DNA from: Oikopleura dioica
Lineage: Eukaryota; Animalia; Chordata
Assembly (NCBI GenBank): GCA_907165135.1
Contig: OU015568.1
Coordinates: 12,028,001-12,092,000, forward strand
Length of the DNA stretch: 64,000 bases
Reading direction: 5' to 3'
How positions within the stretch are numbered: position 1 is the stretch's first letter; the number at the start of each line of letters is the position of its first letter. The notes under the pieces are model-generated. The model was not told the origin of the DNA and made no database searches. It was given only the letters and a program-made list of their open reading frames with translations. The position numbers were made by a program, and so were the translations under genes. Below, piece after piece: positions 38,573-51,900 of the stretch.

Positions 38573-41406
38573 GGACGGAAAAAATCCAAATTTAAAAAAA
38601 ACTTTTTTTTTGGAACTTCAATTTTTTATTGCTACCATCGAATTCCCCATATTTGAAAACCTAGAAAAAAATTATTTGTTTAGACAGGAGGTCTTCTAAA
38701 TCTTTTCTAACTATCATCTGAAAGAGCAAAAATGCCCTTCAGGAAAAGCTACTTTTAGGAGGGTTGCCGGATTTTTTCTTTTGATTTCTTTGTTGGATCA
38801 TCAAGAGACAAGTCTAGGGCAGTCGGCAAACGAAAGAAAATAAGAAAGTTTTGATGTCTTCATGTTTAAAATAGGCATTTAAAAACGTGAAATTCATCAA
38901 AAACAACGAGAAACGTGAAAAAACGCTCGACGGTCAATAATCGGCATACTAATGAGCTAAAAAAGTGGAGCAAGTCAAAGGGAAGATATTTCGAAATAAA
39001 TGCCTATCGAAATATATTTATATATATTAATCTTTCAGATCTCCTCTTTCAATACACACAGATTCGACTATTTCGCTTCTTTTCAATCAAATAAATTATC
39101 AAGGCTTCTTCGAAACGCAGCACGACTAATTTTTCGAGAAAATTATTATTTTTGAATGCTTAAAAATAACCCTTTATTTTAAAGATGGTCGAAATCTTCG
39201 GGCCTCCAGTCTGATTTTTCTCGAGCTGGTTCAAATAGAGTCACTTATCATGTGTACAAAATTTCACGCGTTTTGAAGTGCAGCGCGACCATTTTTACTA
39301 TAAATTATTAGATAAGCTTTTATCAGCTCTAGAATCTGATTTTTCGAGCCTCCAAGCTAATTCCTCTTGACTGAAGTTTGGTTACCGTTAGGTACCCGCA
39401 TGCAAAATTTCAAACAATTTGAGACGCAGCGCGACCCTTTTTGACTTAATTGTATCGAAATTTTATTAAAATAGCCATTTATAAGTAAGTTTTGGCCCTA
39501 GAATCCAATTTTCTTGGGCCTCCAATCTCATTTTTCGAAAGCGAAATTAACCGAGTGCATTCTATCATATTGCGAAATTTCAATCGATTTGATGCGCAGC
39601 GCGACCATTTTTTAAATAAATTTAAAGAAATAGGCATTTATTATGTAATTTTTACCCCAGAATCAAAATTTAGAGGGCTTCCAACCCAATTTCTCTCAAG
39701 CGAGCTAAAATGGGTGTTTTCTATCTGTCAACAAAATTTCAATCGATTTGAGACGCAGCGCCACCAATTTTCTTCGATAACTTACTTTATAGTGGTTATA
39801 ATTGTTATTTTTGTAAAAATAGTCGCGCTGCGCATCAAATCGATTGAAATTTCGCAATATGATAGAATGCACTCGGTTAATTTCGCTTTCGAAAAATGAG
39901 ATTGGAGGGGCAACCGGGAGAATAATTCTGTGCACAGAACTATTCTGTAAAAACAGAATTATTCTCACGATAACACCCCCGTTTCCGGGAGAATAATTCT
40001 GTGAAAAAATTTTTTTGGCGAAAACAACTATTATTCTGCGAATGCAGGAGTTGTTTGCTGCCAAAAATGAGTCCCAGCGGTAGAAAAGACTGCCCCTGCC
40101 AACCCAATGAGTTCTCTATCAGAAAATGCGCGCAAGGGCCGTAGGCCCGTAGCGTGCTTCATAGCCTCTTCGGTTCAGCTTCTACTAACAGACTATCATT
40201 GTTATAGATTGTATTTGGCTGCAAGATTAAAAGACCGACTGAAGTCAATCCTTTTCCACTCTTAGACATGTGTTCCAGAGTATTATAGGCTATCTACGAC
40301 ATAATCAAAGTGAATTCTGCTAAGCTCGACACAGAATAGTTCTGTTTCAAACAGAATGGTTCTGTTTCAAACAGAATAGTTCTGTTTTTTCACAGAATAG
40401 TTCTGTTTCCACAGAATAGTTCTGTCCACAGAATTATTCTCCCGCCCAGCCGATTGGAGGCCCAAGAAAATTGGATTCTAGGGCCAAAACTTACTTATAA
40501 ATGGCTATTTTAATAAAATTTCGATACAATTAATTCAAAAAGGGTCGCGCTGCGTCTCAAATTGTTTGAAATTTTGCATGCGGGTACCTAACGGTAACCA
40601 AACTTCAGTCAAGAGGAATTAGCTTGGAGGCTCGAAAAATCAGATTCTAGAGCTGATAAAAGCTTATCTAATAATTTATAGTAAAAATGGTCGCGCTGCA
40701 CTTCAAAACGCGTGAAATTTTGTACACATGATAAGTGACTCTATTTGAACCAGCTCGAGAAAAATCAGACTGGAGGCCCGAAGATTTCGACCATCTTTAA
40801 AATAAAGGGTTATTTTTAAGCATTCAAAAATAATAATTTTCTCGAAAAATTAGTCGTGCTGCGTTTCGAAGAAGCCTTGATAATTTATTTGATTGAAAAG
40901 AAGCGAAATAGTCGAATCTGTGTGTATTGAAAGAGGAGATCTGAAAGATTAATATATATAAATATATTTCGATAGGCATTTATTTCGAAATATCTTCCCT
41001 TTGACTTGCTCCACTTTTTTAGCTCATTAGTATGCCGATTATTGACCGTCGAGCGTTTTTTCACGTTTCTCGTTGTTTTTGATGAATTTCACGTTTTTAA
41101 ATGCCTATTTTAAACATGAAGACATCAAAACTTTCTTATTTTCTTTCGTTTGCCGACTGCCCTAGACTTGTCTCTTGATGATCCAACAAAGAAATCAAAA
41201 GAAAAAATCCGGCAACCCTCCTAAAAGTAGCTTTTCCTGAAGGGCATTTTTGCTCTTTCAGATGATAGTTAGAAAAGATTTAGAAGACCTCCTGTCTAAA
41301 CAAATAATTTTTTTCTAGGTTTTCAAATATGGGGAATTCGATGGTAGCAATAAAAAATTGAAGTTCCAAAAAAAAAGTTTTTTTTAAATTTGGATTTTTT
41401 CCGTCC
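38573..41406. mobile_element. Giant foldback/palindromic element with about 1-kb near-perfect arms
   Basis: 38573-39526 is the reverse complement of 40453-41406 (954 bp each). 39521-39612 additionally pairs with about 39815-39906. TTT flanks both ends. Confidence 0.9.
39909..40451. mobile_element. Mutator-like MITE inserted in the palindrome arm, 9-bp TSD GATTGGAGG
   Basis: TSD at 39900-39908 and 40452-40460. Termini GGC..CGGGAGAATAATTCTGTG / CACAGAATTATTCTCCCG..GCC. Internal ACAGAA/TTCTGT repeats. Confidence 0.8.
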
Positions 41407-44400
41407 TTTGTTGCTCATAAGAATTAGACCCACTCCCGTCTTGCCGTCTTTATTTATCGGTAATAATTTGACCCCATATTATCTCAAGTTTTTCAGTCTA
41501 AATGATGGTCTAATGGTGCAGGTTTCTGAAAAATAAAATAAAATTTGCAGGACTTGATGCCTTTTGAAGTTGCGCTCCCCTTTTTTGATCTAGCTCATCG
41601 ACGAGTGGTGATAGAGGAAAACGGAAAACTGAATGAGAAAGCTGAAAACCTGTAGATATCATTTGCAAAAAGAAAATCAGAAAAATTTCATTTACAAGAA
41701 TAACGGCGAGCGCTTGAAATTCGGCGCGCCGCTACCTAACCGGGTCCCTTAACAACGATTGTAAATTTCAGAAAAAAAAAATTAAAAAGGTTGACTCTTG
41801 GAGTTATGTGAAAGTCCCCTGACATATTCCCTTGATAAATCTGGTTTTAAAGTAATTCTCTGAACTTACCTTCATTTTTGTAGATTTTTATCTTTTGTAG
41901 TTTTGGCGAAATCTGTTCTGGGTATTGTACAATAAAAATATATATATAAAATAGTTTTCTTTGATTTGCCGCAACCAGGAGGTGCTTCTCCGTCGATTTG
42001 ATCCCAGCTTTGCTTCCATTTTCGATATCTATCGAGGAATGATTGGAATAGGTGGCGCTGTCATTTTAGCGCGGCGGTGGACGCTAGCGCTCCCGAATGC
42101 GGCGATGAGTCCGCGGCGCGGAGTGACTAGGATAATAAGGAGGAAGTAGTAGCAGTTGTTGACAGTAAACAAACGTGGAAAATGGTGATCGATGGAAGGC
42201 CCGATTGCCTGCTAGAATTTTGTAACAAGACAAGAAGTGACAAAATAGGAATGGAAAGAAACGTGAGCAAGGAGACGGCTACTTTTTTAAAGTACGGAGA
42301 TGTTACCTCAGTCAAGAATTTAAAATTTAGGGGCTTCGATTCGATTTCAAGGCTGCATCAAAACGTTTTCAGATGATATTATGCAACGTTTTTATTGAGA
42401 AATTATTAATCAAAAATCACGGCTGTTCAGAAAACTGCGAGACAAGTTGATAAAAATAAAGAAGCCACATTTCGCATAAGGCGGATGTTCCTTATCTATT
42501 ATTTTCATGCTGTTTATCTATTATTAATTTTCAGAAGGGCCCTTTTTATCTCTGACCTTTGCTCTATTTTAGCTTCTCCTGTCTGAAATAAAAAGTTTTC
42601 GCATATCTGCATAGACCTCATCCTCGCTGTACTAGATACTTGCGGTGAGCTGAGAAATTCATCACCAAGGATTCATAAGAAAAATAAAAAGAACCCTCAA
42701 GCCACAAAAGTGTTAGCTAAGCCTGCTTTGACATTCTGGTACAGCTCTGAAAGACATTCCTGTAGACTCGCAGCCGGGGCACGCCTTTCTACCCTTTGGC
42801 CTAACAGTTCCAGAAAGTAGATTCCTATGTTAATTTCTTCCTGCCTCGACGATTCCTTTATCGTCAAGAATTTCCTCTCTACGTGAAGATACACCCTTAA
42901 CGCACTTCTTCTGGGTTTGATAAGTCAGAAAAAGATTCATCTAATTGACTAAAAACAGTTTGCATCGGTAACTTCTGGCGAATAATCTCGTCTCCCGGGC
43001 GGAGTCTTTTACCCGCTCCTTGGGCTCACTTCTGTTTTGCCTTTCGTCAAATTCGGGGATTTCCATTTAGCGTCATTTTAGTCTTCTTTTGAAAGCTGAA
43101 CTATTTCTTAATAATTCCGTCAAAAAAGCTTTTTTCTTCCAAATTTTCTTATGAACAAATTCGTGAATCACAACATTCTGCGGCTGATGACCCCTCTGAT
43201 AACATTTTCTAGAGGTAAACTTGTAAAATGACTAAGCAATGATTAGGTTAACAATCGGAAACGCCAGTCTCCTGCTCTTCAATCAGTGTCTTGTGAATCG
43301 AGCGGACATTCAAAGCAAGCCTTTACCAAATTCTAGAGCGGTCCAAAAAAGCGCTAGGGATTCACGTTAGCGGAAATACTAAAATTTAGACGCACTTTAT
43401 CGGGGCCGAGCGCATTCCGAAGCACTAACCGGTTGGCTCAATTATCACCGCGATAAAAGGCGACGGGAAGAGTGTTACATGCGAAAAAAGAGAATTTTGA
43501 GCAAAACCATTTCTTGGTGAAAGGGAGCTAGAAAGACACCGCAAAAGTGAATTGACGCTGCTTCTGAATTATCACACCTTAGATCACTCCCGAATTTCAA
43601 ATACAGTCGTGAAAGATTTCAGAAGTAACTTCTGAATTGAACGACAAATTTAGATAACACAAACGGTTCATTTCACTGGATAAGAAAAACTTTCTCTGGA
43701 GAGCTCGAATTCTCAAGGTGCCCATTGGAAATCGGAAATGCAGCTTTAGAGCGCACGGAGAGTCCCAATATCCGCCGCCCGGATCTTGATAAAACACAAT
43801 TTTCACCTTTTCGGAAGAGCCGTTATGAAATTTTTCGCCGCTTTCTTAAGTGAACCATACTTGGAAACATTTACAATAGGTAATTGTCAATAACCATTAA
43901 AATAACCATCACTCGATTCTAGTGACTCTCACGTGGAACGCAAGGCGGCATAACAACAACTTTCCTAATAAAAAAGATATTCTCTATCAGGCCGCAATAT
44001 CCACCTGGACCTCGGTCGTGTTTCTTCTTATAGCGCAATGCAAAGATTTTTTTAGAAAACTTTCACGATAGCCCTTACTTATCATTTAAGAGTTGACATT
44101 TAACTATTGACTGTCATTACATTTATCAACCTTGCTAGGGCTCGGGCTGTTAAAAATGTTTCAAGGAGAAAATGAGATTTCGAGAAAAAACCCTTCGTGA
44201 ATTCTTGGAGATAAATGCCAGCTCATAAGGGTGTCCCTATCATAATAATTACCCCCGTTATGCGTACGTACCAATATTTATCGCCAGTGTTGGTCGACGA
44301 TTTTGGTCCGATTGCGGTTCACAAAATCTACGTCGCCTGTGACTAATAACTTTTCATGTCGCGGCGGGTTATCAAACGCGAAAGGGGACCAGCAACGAAT

Positions 44401-45299
44401 ACCGATAAGAAGTACATCAACACTTTGACATCCATTTCTGCCATCATTTTCAGGGAATTTCTATTTAGTATTCAATTAGACAGTTGTGCCCACAACTGAA
44501 TCAAAAGATAAGCAAAGCAATTATCGAACAATTTTAAAAATAGATTAAAAGCTTTCTTCCTAGAACATTGAATACATCTTCAACTTCGCAGAAGTAAAAG
44601 TGATGTAAGCAAATGAACAAATAAAACATGAAACGACATTGCATGAAAACAAGATGCTGGCTTGACATGAACATCAGTCGTTCTAAATTTGCCAATAGCG
44701 ATTAAATCCAACATGGGTCAACTAATGTTTAGAAAAGAAATGCCAGCGATATTATCACATTGAGCCGACTTTAGCTGCTCGCACGTGACGCCGCTAAATT
44801 GAGAAAATCCCTATTTTGAATTTTTTTTTTCGATCGTAGTTTATTTTTTTCTGTTGTCAAAAATGTGGATACAATAGCAAAAAAAGTAGGAAAAACGAAA
44901 ATAGAAAACAACTTTTTAGAAATTATTGATTTGAATCTTACGTTAAAAATCATATTCCAAAAATTGTGACGTGAATTTCTGGATTTGAAAAACCGCCAAG
45001 CCTTAGACAAGTGCCAGTTTTATTCCGGCTCCGCGCGTGAAAAGCGGAAGTCTTCTGGTGATTCAGTTGAGCGCGGCTAAGATTGTGTAACACAGTGTAA
45101 GTACTTGCTGGAGCGATTTTCTAAAATCATTACGATGCCGCCGGAAATCAACACTTTGCAAGACGCGACCTCTAAAACTTTGTTTTTGTGGCCGAATCAG
45201 CTAAATTAAATCATCGACAGGTCATACTGTATAATGTTCAGTGTACATTATTTATTGCTTTTACATGTCAGGAACCATAAAAATGGGCGTCTTAAAAGA

Positions 45300-46218
45300 C
45301 TAATGAATTGTCAGATCAAGAAGATAAGCAATCGCAATAAGAAAAAATTCTGTGCATCTTGAATTTTTTGCACAAGAACTACTCCTTTGCTTGATTTCGC
45401 CGAATTCTCCAGAATTTAAACGGTTAATAATCATTTGGACATCTTCAAAGTTTTCCTGCTGATTTCGAGATAACATCGTCAATCTTTCACTATTTTCAGT
45501 CTAAAGCTGAAATCTTTATCTTATATTTAAGAAAGTGATACCTCTTTTCTTTTTAATATATCAACGTAGGTCTGAATATTTTTCAGTGAGGACTTCTGTT
45601 CCATGTAGTCGCCAGAAATATCTTTGAAAATTCTGCCCAGCCGTTCGATATCGTCCCGTACTTTTTCCATTTGAACTTCTTGATCGCCAAATTTTATTTG
45701 TATTGCTGCAGAGATTGATGAGGGATTAAATGCAGTAAGGTCACTTTCAGATTCTTGAATACTGCCAGGAAGCTCTCTTTCATTATTTACAGCAAGGTCA
45801 ACGGATTTTGGATTTACATCTACCCCACTGGTTTTTTCTGAGGTTTCAACATTAGGCTTCGTATTTACCAGCTTTTTGACGATGTCTTTCAGATCACCAA
45901 TCTCTTTTTCAAGCTCTATGAAAATGATTTAATTGAATAATAAGACAAAATACCGCCAATTCTCTTCTTGTTATTTTCATTTTCTTTTATTAAATTCCAG
46001 TTATTGAATTTTAAACTGTCTATCTAAATATTATTAGAAACATTTTAAAACCGCTGTATCACCTCTAACTTTGTGGTTGTTTGTTCTCTCTCTATATCAC
46101 TAGGAAATTGTAAATCTCTATTGACAGAAAGATAATCGTAAGCAGATTCATCGATCACTTCGCTCCTGTAGTCCCCAAGTGATGAAGATGACAAACTTCG
46201 AGGAGAATCGTCTGACAT
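45300..46218 (-). CDS. Uncharacterised coiled-coil protein (4 exons)
   Basis: MSDDSPRSLSSSSLG..TTKLE / IDSLKFNNW..KRIG / ELEKEIGDLKDIVKKL..VDILKRKE / TENSERLTMLSRNQQ..LDLTIH*, joined by in-phase GT-AG introns. Confidence 0.6.
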
Positions 46219-46371
46219 CTTGTGACAAACTCAAATCATTTTACACAAGGAAAGCAGAGACATCGTAAAATGAAAATTTGGACAATGAGTAATGAATCAG
46301 ACTTCTCAAATAATGAGCTTCTAAGGAGAATCTTCAGAAAAGTTACGCTTTTCTTCTTTTGCAAAGTTGCA

Positions 46372-46933
46372 GGGTGCGCGTCAGTTAAGGCGTTTTTGCC
46401 ATTTGCGTCTTTTAAGGCATTGCGTCTTTTAAGGCACTTGCGTCAGTTAAGGCGCTGAAAAATGACTGGTGGAATTCTGATATCAACTAGGGTCTGCTAA
46501 ATTACCTCGATTGTAACTATCCTTGAAATTCTCCTTATTTCAATCTCAAATTTAACAGCGTATTCAAAATACTTAAATTTCAGATAATTTCAAATACATT
46601 GAAAACGATCTGAGAAAATTAACTAAAATTTTAGTGTCGAACCTTTATATTTACAAATAATAAATTTATTCTATCACGAAAAACTTCAAATTCAATCATA
46701 AACCAGCGGTTCAGCTTATAACTGAATATAAAAAGATTTTCTTGAGAAAATATTAACTCTGGCTTTACCCTAGGAATTGGTAAAGTAATATTTTATCAAG
46801 AAATCTAGCAGACCCTAGTTGATATCAGAATTCCACAAGTCATTTTTCAGGGCCTTAACTGACGCAAGTGCCTTAAAAGACGCAATGCCTTAAAAGACGC
46901 AAATGGCAAAAACGCCTTAACTGACGCGCACCC
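46372..46933. mobile_element. Mutator-like MITE, about 130-bp TIRs, exact 9-bp TSD AAAGTTGCA
   Basis: AAAGTTGCA|GGGTGCGCGTCAGTTAAGGCG ... CGCCTTAACTGACGCGCACCC|AAAGTTGCA. Subterminal GCGTC(A/T)..TTAAGGC repeats. Confidence 0.92.
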
Positions 46934-47157
46934 AAAGTTGCAGCAATATGCTTGTTTAGACTTCCTGATAATGCTAAATCCAAGTGTAGCCAGATTTTTG
47001 TTCCTTATCGAAATAGGATTACTGCAGTTTTGAGCTATCAAATAGGCTTTGCGAAAAGAGAGGCGTCTTAACCTTCTTTATCCAGAAAAGCGTACGTAAA
47101 TGCATGCACAACTGTAGGTACTGTAGCTCTCGAAATTCCAAAAAGATTGAAAAAGAA

Positions 47158-47231
47158 TGGCCAGTACGGGGATCGAACCCGCGACATTCGCGTTATTAGC
47201 ACGACGCTCTAACCAACTGAGCTAACCGGCC
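47158..47231 (-). tRNA. trnI-AAT: tRNA-Ile (anticodon AAT)
   Basis: Reverse complement GGCCGGTTAGCTCAGTTGGTTAGAGCGTCGTGCTAATAACGCGAATGTCGCGGGTTCGATCCCCGTACTGGCCA, canonical cloverleaf. Confidence 0.96.
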
Positions 47232-47445
47232 TTGTAAGGGCGGCCGAAACGGCTATCTATCAAGAGCTTGAAATCTTCAATCGTGCCATAAAAAGAGCGA
47301 TCATTGGCTCGCTCCCTAAGGGTGGAGTCTCCAAAAGACATATTTGCATTGTTACCGCCATGTCCGTAATCCTCCGGTGAGAAAACAAAGAAAACCCTCG
47401 AGAATATCCGTTTTTAGAAGCTCTAAGAGATTTGTTTCGTCAAAA

Positions 47446-48784
47446 ATGCGCGCCGTTGTAGTTGATCAATTCGGAGACGAGTCCGTTTTGAATGTCAAAG
47501 AGATCGCTAATCCTGAGCCCGGGCCAAGTCAAATTCTTGTTTCAGTCAAAGCAGCTGGAATAAACCCAGTCGATACCTACATTCGCTCTGGAAACTATCT
47601 TCCGTCTAGACTTCCGAAGCTTCCGTACACTCCAGGCGGGGATGTATGTGGAGTAGTCGAAGCTGTAGGCGCTGATGTCAATGATTTCAAAGTCGGAGAC
47701 AAGGTTTACTCGCTTCTTGTGACTGCCTCAGGGGCGTACGCGGAAAAAGCTACAGTCGAAGAGACTTTTGCCGTGAAACTGCATCAAGGATTGAGTTTTG
47801 AAGAAGGATCAGCTTTGGGAGTTCCATACTTTACCGCTTTTCGAGCTATTAAGTAAGATTTACTAAGCGGAGAGATAAGTAAGGCGTGTTAAAAAGGGGA
47901 AAGAAATACTTATAACGTTATTTTTGCAAATTTTCGTATAGACTATACTTTATAGTGACACCCTTATTTTCCGTATTAAATGAAGTGAAAAAATGAAATT
48001 TATAACTCAGATATGTATCACTTATTTTTAGAACGATTGGTGGAGCACAAAAAGGCGAAAAACTTCTAGTTCACGGCGCATCTGGCGGCGTTGGTCTAGG
48101 AGACGATCATAAAAATAATTATGCTTAGCTCGAATATGACAAAAATTATGATCCCAGAACAGCATGTCTTCAAATTGGCAAACATCTAGGGTTAGAAGTT
48201 ATCGGCACAGCTGGATCTGTGAATGGAGCAGCTCTTGTTGAATCTCAAGGAGTCAGATGTTATCGCCACGATGATCCAGACTATCTTCAGAAAATGAAGG
48301 AAGCAGAGGGCGGCTTCGATTTGATTGTGGAAATGCTCGCGAACAAAAACTTGGAAAACGATCTTACTATGCTCAATACTGGATCTGGTCGTGTAATGGT
48401 AATGAAAATAGTTTTTGATACAGTAAGAGGCTATTACTAAGAGCGGCATTTTAGATCGTCGGATGCCGAGGAGAAATAACAATTAACCCTCGTTTACTGA
48501 TGGGCCCAGAAACTCAAATCAGAGGCATCGGACTTACAGGTAGCGCCTTCAATCTCTAAAATTGCTTTGAATAAGATTTCTAGCTTTTTGGGATTTCAAT
48601 GAAAAAGACGAGGCCATGCTAGAAACGATCAAGTGTTTGGATGAAATGGCTTCTCAGAATTTGGTGAAGCCGATTCTTGGAAAGAGCTACTCACTTGATG
48701 ATGTTCAAAAAAGCGCATGCTGAAATTATCAGCAATTCGTACGGAGGGTCGTATGGAAAGAACTATTTCAAAATCGATAACTGA
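47446..48784 (+). CDS. CRYZ: Zeta-crystallin / NADPH:quinone oxidoreductase (MDR family), multi-exon, one apparent frameshift near the 3' end
   Basis: MRAVVVDQFGDESVL..VKAAGINPVDTYIRSG..PYTPGGD..GVPYFTAFRA, LVHGASGGVGL nucleotide-binding motif, FDLIVEMLANKNL. Confidence 0.9.
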
Positions 48785-48948
48785 CAATAAAACTTTTCTT
48801 CCAAAAGTCCAACTTGTGCGAATTTTTAAAAGTTCACGGCGCATAGCAGTAGATCAGTTCCTTCCGCAGGTTCCGCCGCGCCATTTTAAACCAAATAGTA
48901 CTTCTTGCAAAATCGCCAGGGCAGCTTCAGTCGAGAAAGTTTCGCGCT

Positions 48949-51900
48949 ATGCGGTTGAAGTTTTTCGCAGCTCTACTCTCCGTGGCGAGTGCATTTACTT
49001 GTCATAACTGTTATGTCAAATACGACCACGTTGGAAACCTTATTGAAGGACAAGAGAATTGCTGGTCCGCGAATGACACTTTGATCGATCTTTCTACAAC
49101 AGAAGTCTCTTGTCCTGAAAATCAAAATTTCTGTAAAACAGAAGTTACCGTTGAGTGGGAAGCGACGGGTGAACAGACAATCACATTTGTTCGTGGGTGC
49201 GCAGTGACTGAGATAACAGAAGAAATAGCATGCTTTGAAAGTACTATTAGTGGTAATCGATACAAGGACTGTAAGCTTACTTGTAATGAACTTTCAAACT
49301 GCAATACTGACTCTGATGTTCTCGATCTACTCGGAAGAACTGGTGAAGATGGTGATCCTGTTGAGCGAGTCTGCGCTCAGTGCAGTTCACTTCGTGATGA
49401 CGATGACTCCGAAGACTATTGCAAAGACGATGGCCCAACAGATTTATGCCCTTTTTATGCTAATCAAGGATGTTTTAATGCTCACGAGATCATTCAGACC
49501 CAAGCTGGGAATGTTTCTGAAGAATATTTCAAGGGATGCTCATTTTTTGAAATCAAGGAAGAGTCGACAGGTGAAAATGATTGTTCTACTTTCAACCTCA
49601 ACGGACAAATGACGCAAACATGCAAGAGCGAATGTGATGCAAACAAATGTAATATTGGTTCAATAGAAAATAGCAAAGTATGCTATGTCTGCGAATATGC
49701 TTTTGATCATTATGGGAAGCAGCTGAGCATTGGCGACCCCGACTGCTGGGATAGCTTGAAGCAAAGACATCTTCAAACATGCAGAGAAGGAGTTACAACT
49801 TGTGTGACTGAACTCGATGCTGTGTGGGGTTTTAATGGAAAACAAGAATTTGCGCTTCGAAGAGGTTGTGGACCAATTGAAAAACCAGATGATGGACTAA
49901 TGAAGGACTGTCTAACTGCAAACGCCAACTCCCAATTTCATGCTAAACAGTGTATTGACCACTGTAAGAATGATGGTCTTGCATGCAATACAGATCTAAG
50001 AGTCCTAGAAGAATTTAATTACGGAGGTGAAGCTATTAAATCCTGTCGAGTCTGCGAGTCCACGTCTGATGACCCAGAAATTGAGGACGATTGTTCAGTA
50101 AACTCGACTACATCACAACTTTGCCCAAAGTACGCAAATGCGGGATGTTTTAGCTCTCGTGTCGCCGAAGATACTCTTATGGGATATAAAGAAACAACGC
50201 ACCATGGATGCTCTGCTTTCAGAACAACAAGCAATGACCTTTTCTGTTTTAACGCAGAATACGAAATGCCAAGCTTTGGAAATCCTAGCGGCGAAATAGA
50301 AACAACGAATGTATGCAAGGAAACGTGCCAAACTCCCGACTGTAATATTAATCTTTCAAAACCTGTTGAAACTGCCCATTTTTGCTATGTCTGCGAAGTA
50401 ACAGTCGATCATCTCAACCAAACTGTTGGCCTCGGTGACTTTCATTGTCTCGATGATCCTCCATCAACATATGAAATCGAGTGCGCTGAGACACAGACTT
50501 ACTGTGTCACTGAGCTTGAAGTTGATTGGATGCCAAATGGTGATCAAGAAACAACAGTCCGTCGATCTTGCTCGGCAACACCGGCTCCGACATTCTGCAC
50601 AATCGGGAATCCTTACGGATCAATTTACCAGCGAAAAGATTGCGCATCAACTTGCACAAACAACTTACTATCTGGCTGCAATAACGATCTGATGGAAGTC
50701 GGGCAGAAATTTGCTGATGAACTTACTGGGGAACCGATTCAATCTTGCTTCAATTGCGAAACACATCCAGGTGACGAAGGCTGCCGTCTTGATCAAGAAT
50801 TGGGAGACTTGACGGTTGTTGAGTAAGTTTTATTCTTAGATACAAATGATCCCAGCAAATTTTAGCTGTCCACTTTATGCAAACGCTGGTTGTTTCACTT
50901 CCTCTTCTCGACTTCGCGAAGGTGACGAGAGTGCCCTTGACATCATCAGAGGCTGCAGCACTTTCAGCCAGGGTTCGAAATCGCCTAGGCGAATTCGCCT
51001 AGAAGGCTAGGCTAGGCGAGGTTAGGCGAATTCGCCTAGACAACCTAGCCTTGGTATGAAAATTTCCAAGGCGAAAAATTTCGCCTAGCCTAGCCTCAAG
51101 GCGAAAAATATTGGCGACTTAGGCGAATTTAGGCGAAAAGGCTGGAGCCTTTTTTCGCCTAGCCTAGCCTTGAAGGCGAATTTTAGGCGAAAATTAGGCG
51201 AAATTAGGCGAATTTAGGCGAAATCAGGGCGAAAAAATGTTTTCTTCTAGACATCAATAGTTTATTTTTAGCTTGTTTTACAGAAGGGAATAGCCTCACC
51301 TGCCTTTGTAATCGAAAACCTGTCGCAGGTCCTGTTTCCTGTTAGTAGCGAACCTGTCTGAGTACCTGTCCAAAATGGGAAACGGTCGGACTCATTACCA
51401 ATTGGTAACCCATTACCAATTGTGGTAACCCATTACCAATTTTGGTAATGCATTACCAAATTCGTCAAAAAAGTGTCGATTTTTTTCATTCACAGAACGA
51501 GTGTGCGCTCCGCGCCTGTGTTATAGAAAACTTTTGGGGTGTTTTATTCATTAACTTGGCGAAAAAGTAAAAATAAATTGATAATCGACTACCGAGAATT
51601 GGTAATGGGTTACCAAAAATTTTGGTAATGAGTCCGACCGTTCCCGTCCAAAATCGGGTCATAATTTGGGCCTGTCCTGTGTACCTGTGTAAAATTAGGG
51701 AAAAAAAATTCCTTTTTCTGACTAAAACAGGCCTGTTTTTCCCGTTCAGGTCCTGACTTCTATGGTCAGGGACTACATAAGAGTTTTAATGAAATCAAAA
51801 GTGAAAGACGTAAAAAGAATTAACCAATCAAAAAACCAGAAAAAAAATTCGTGTCATTTTGTATTTTTTGATATATTTTTCACTGAAATATCCTATTTTC

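Noticed and set aside
38138-41400. ORFs within the palindrome and MITE as a transposase
   Set aside because: Short, low-complexity and mirrored on both arms, with no DDE or other catalytic motif.
41450-44460. Probable minus-strand exons (for example ATGAAG|GTAAGT near 41870 and ORF 42697-42894)
   Set aside because: Splice-like signals are present, but I could not assemble a coherent reading frame or assign homology.
44645-44670. miR-31-like CAAGATGCTGGC
   Set aside because: The seed-defining 5' bases differ and there is no flanking hairpin.
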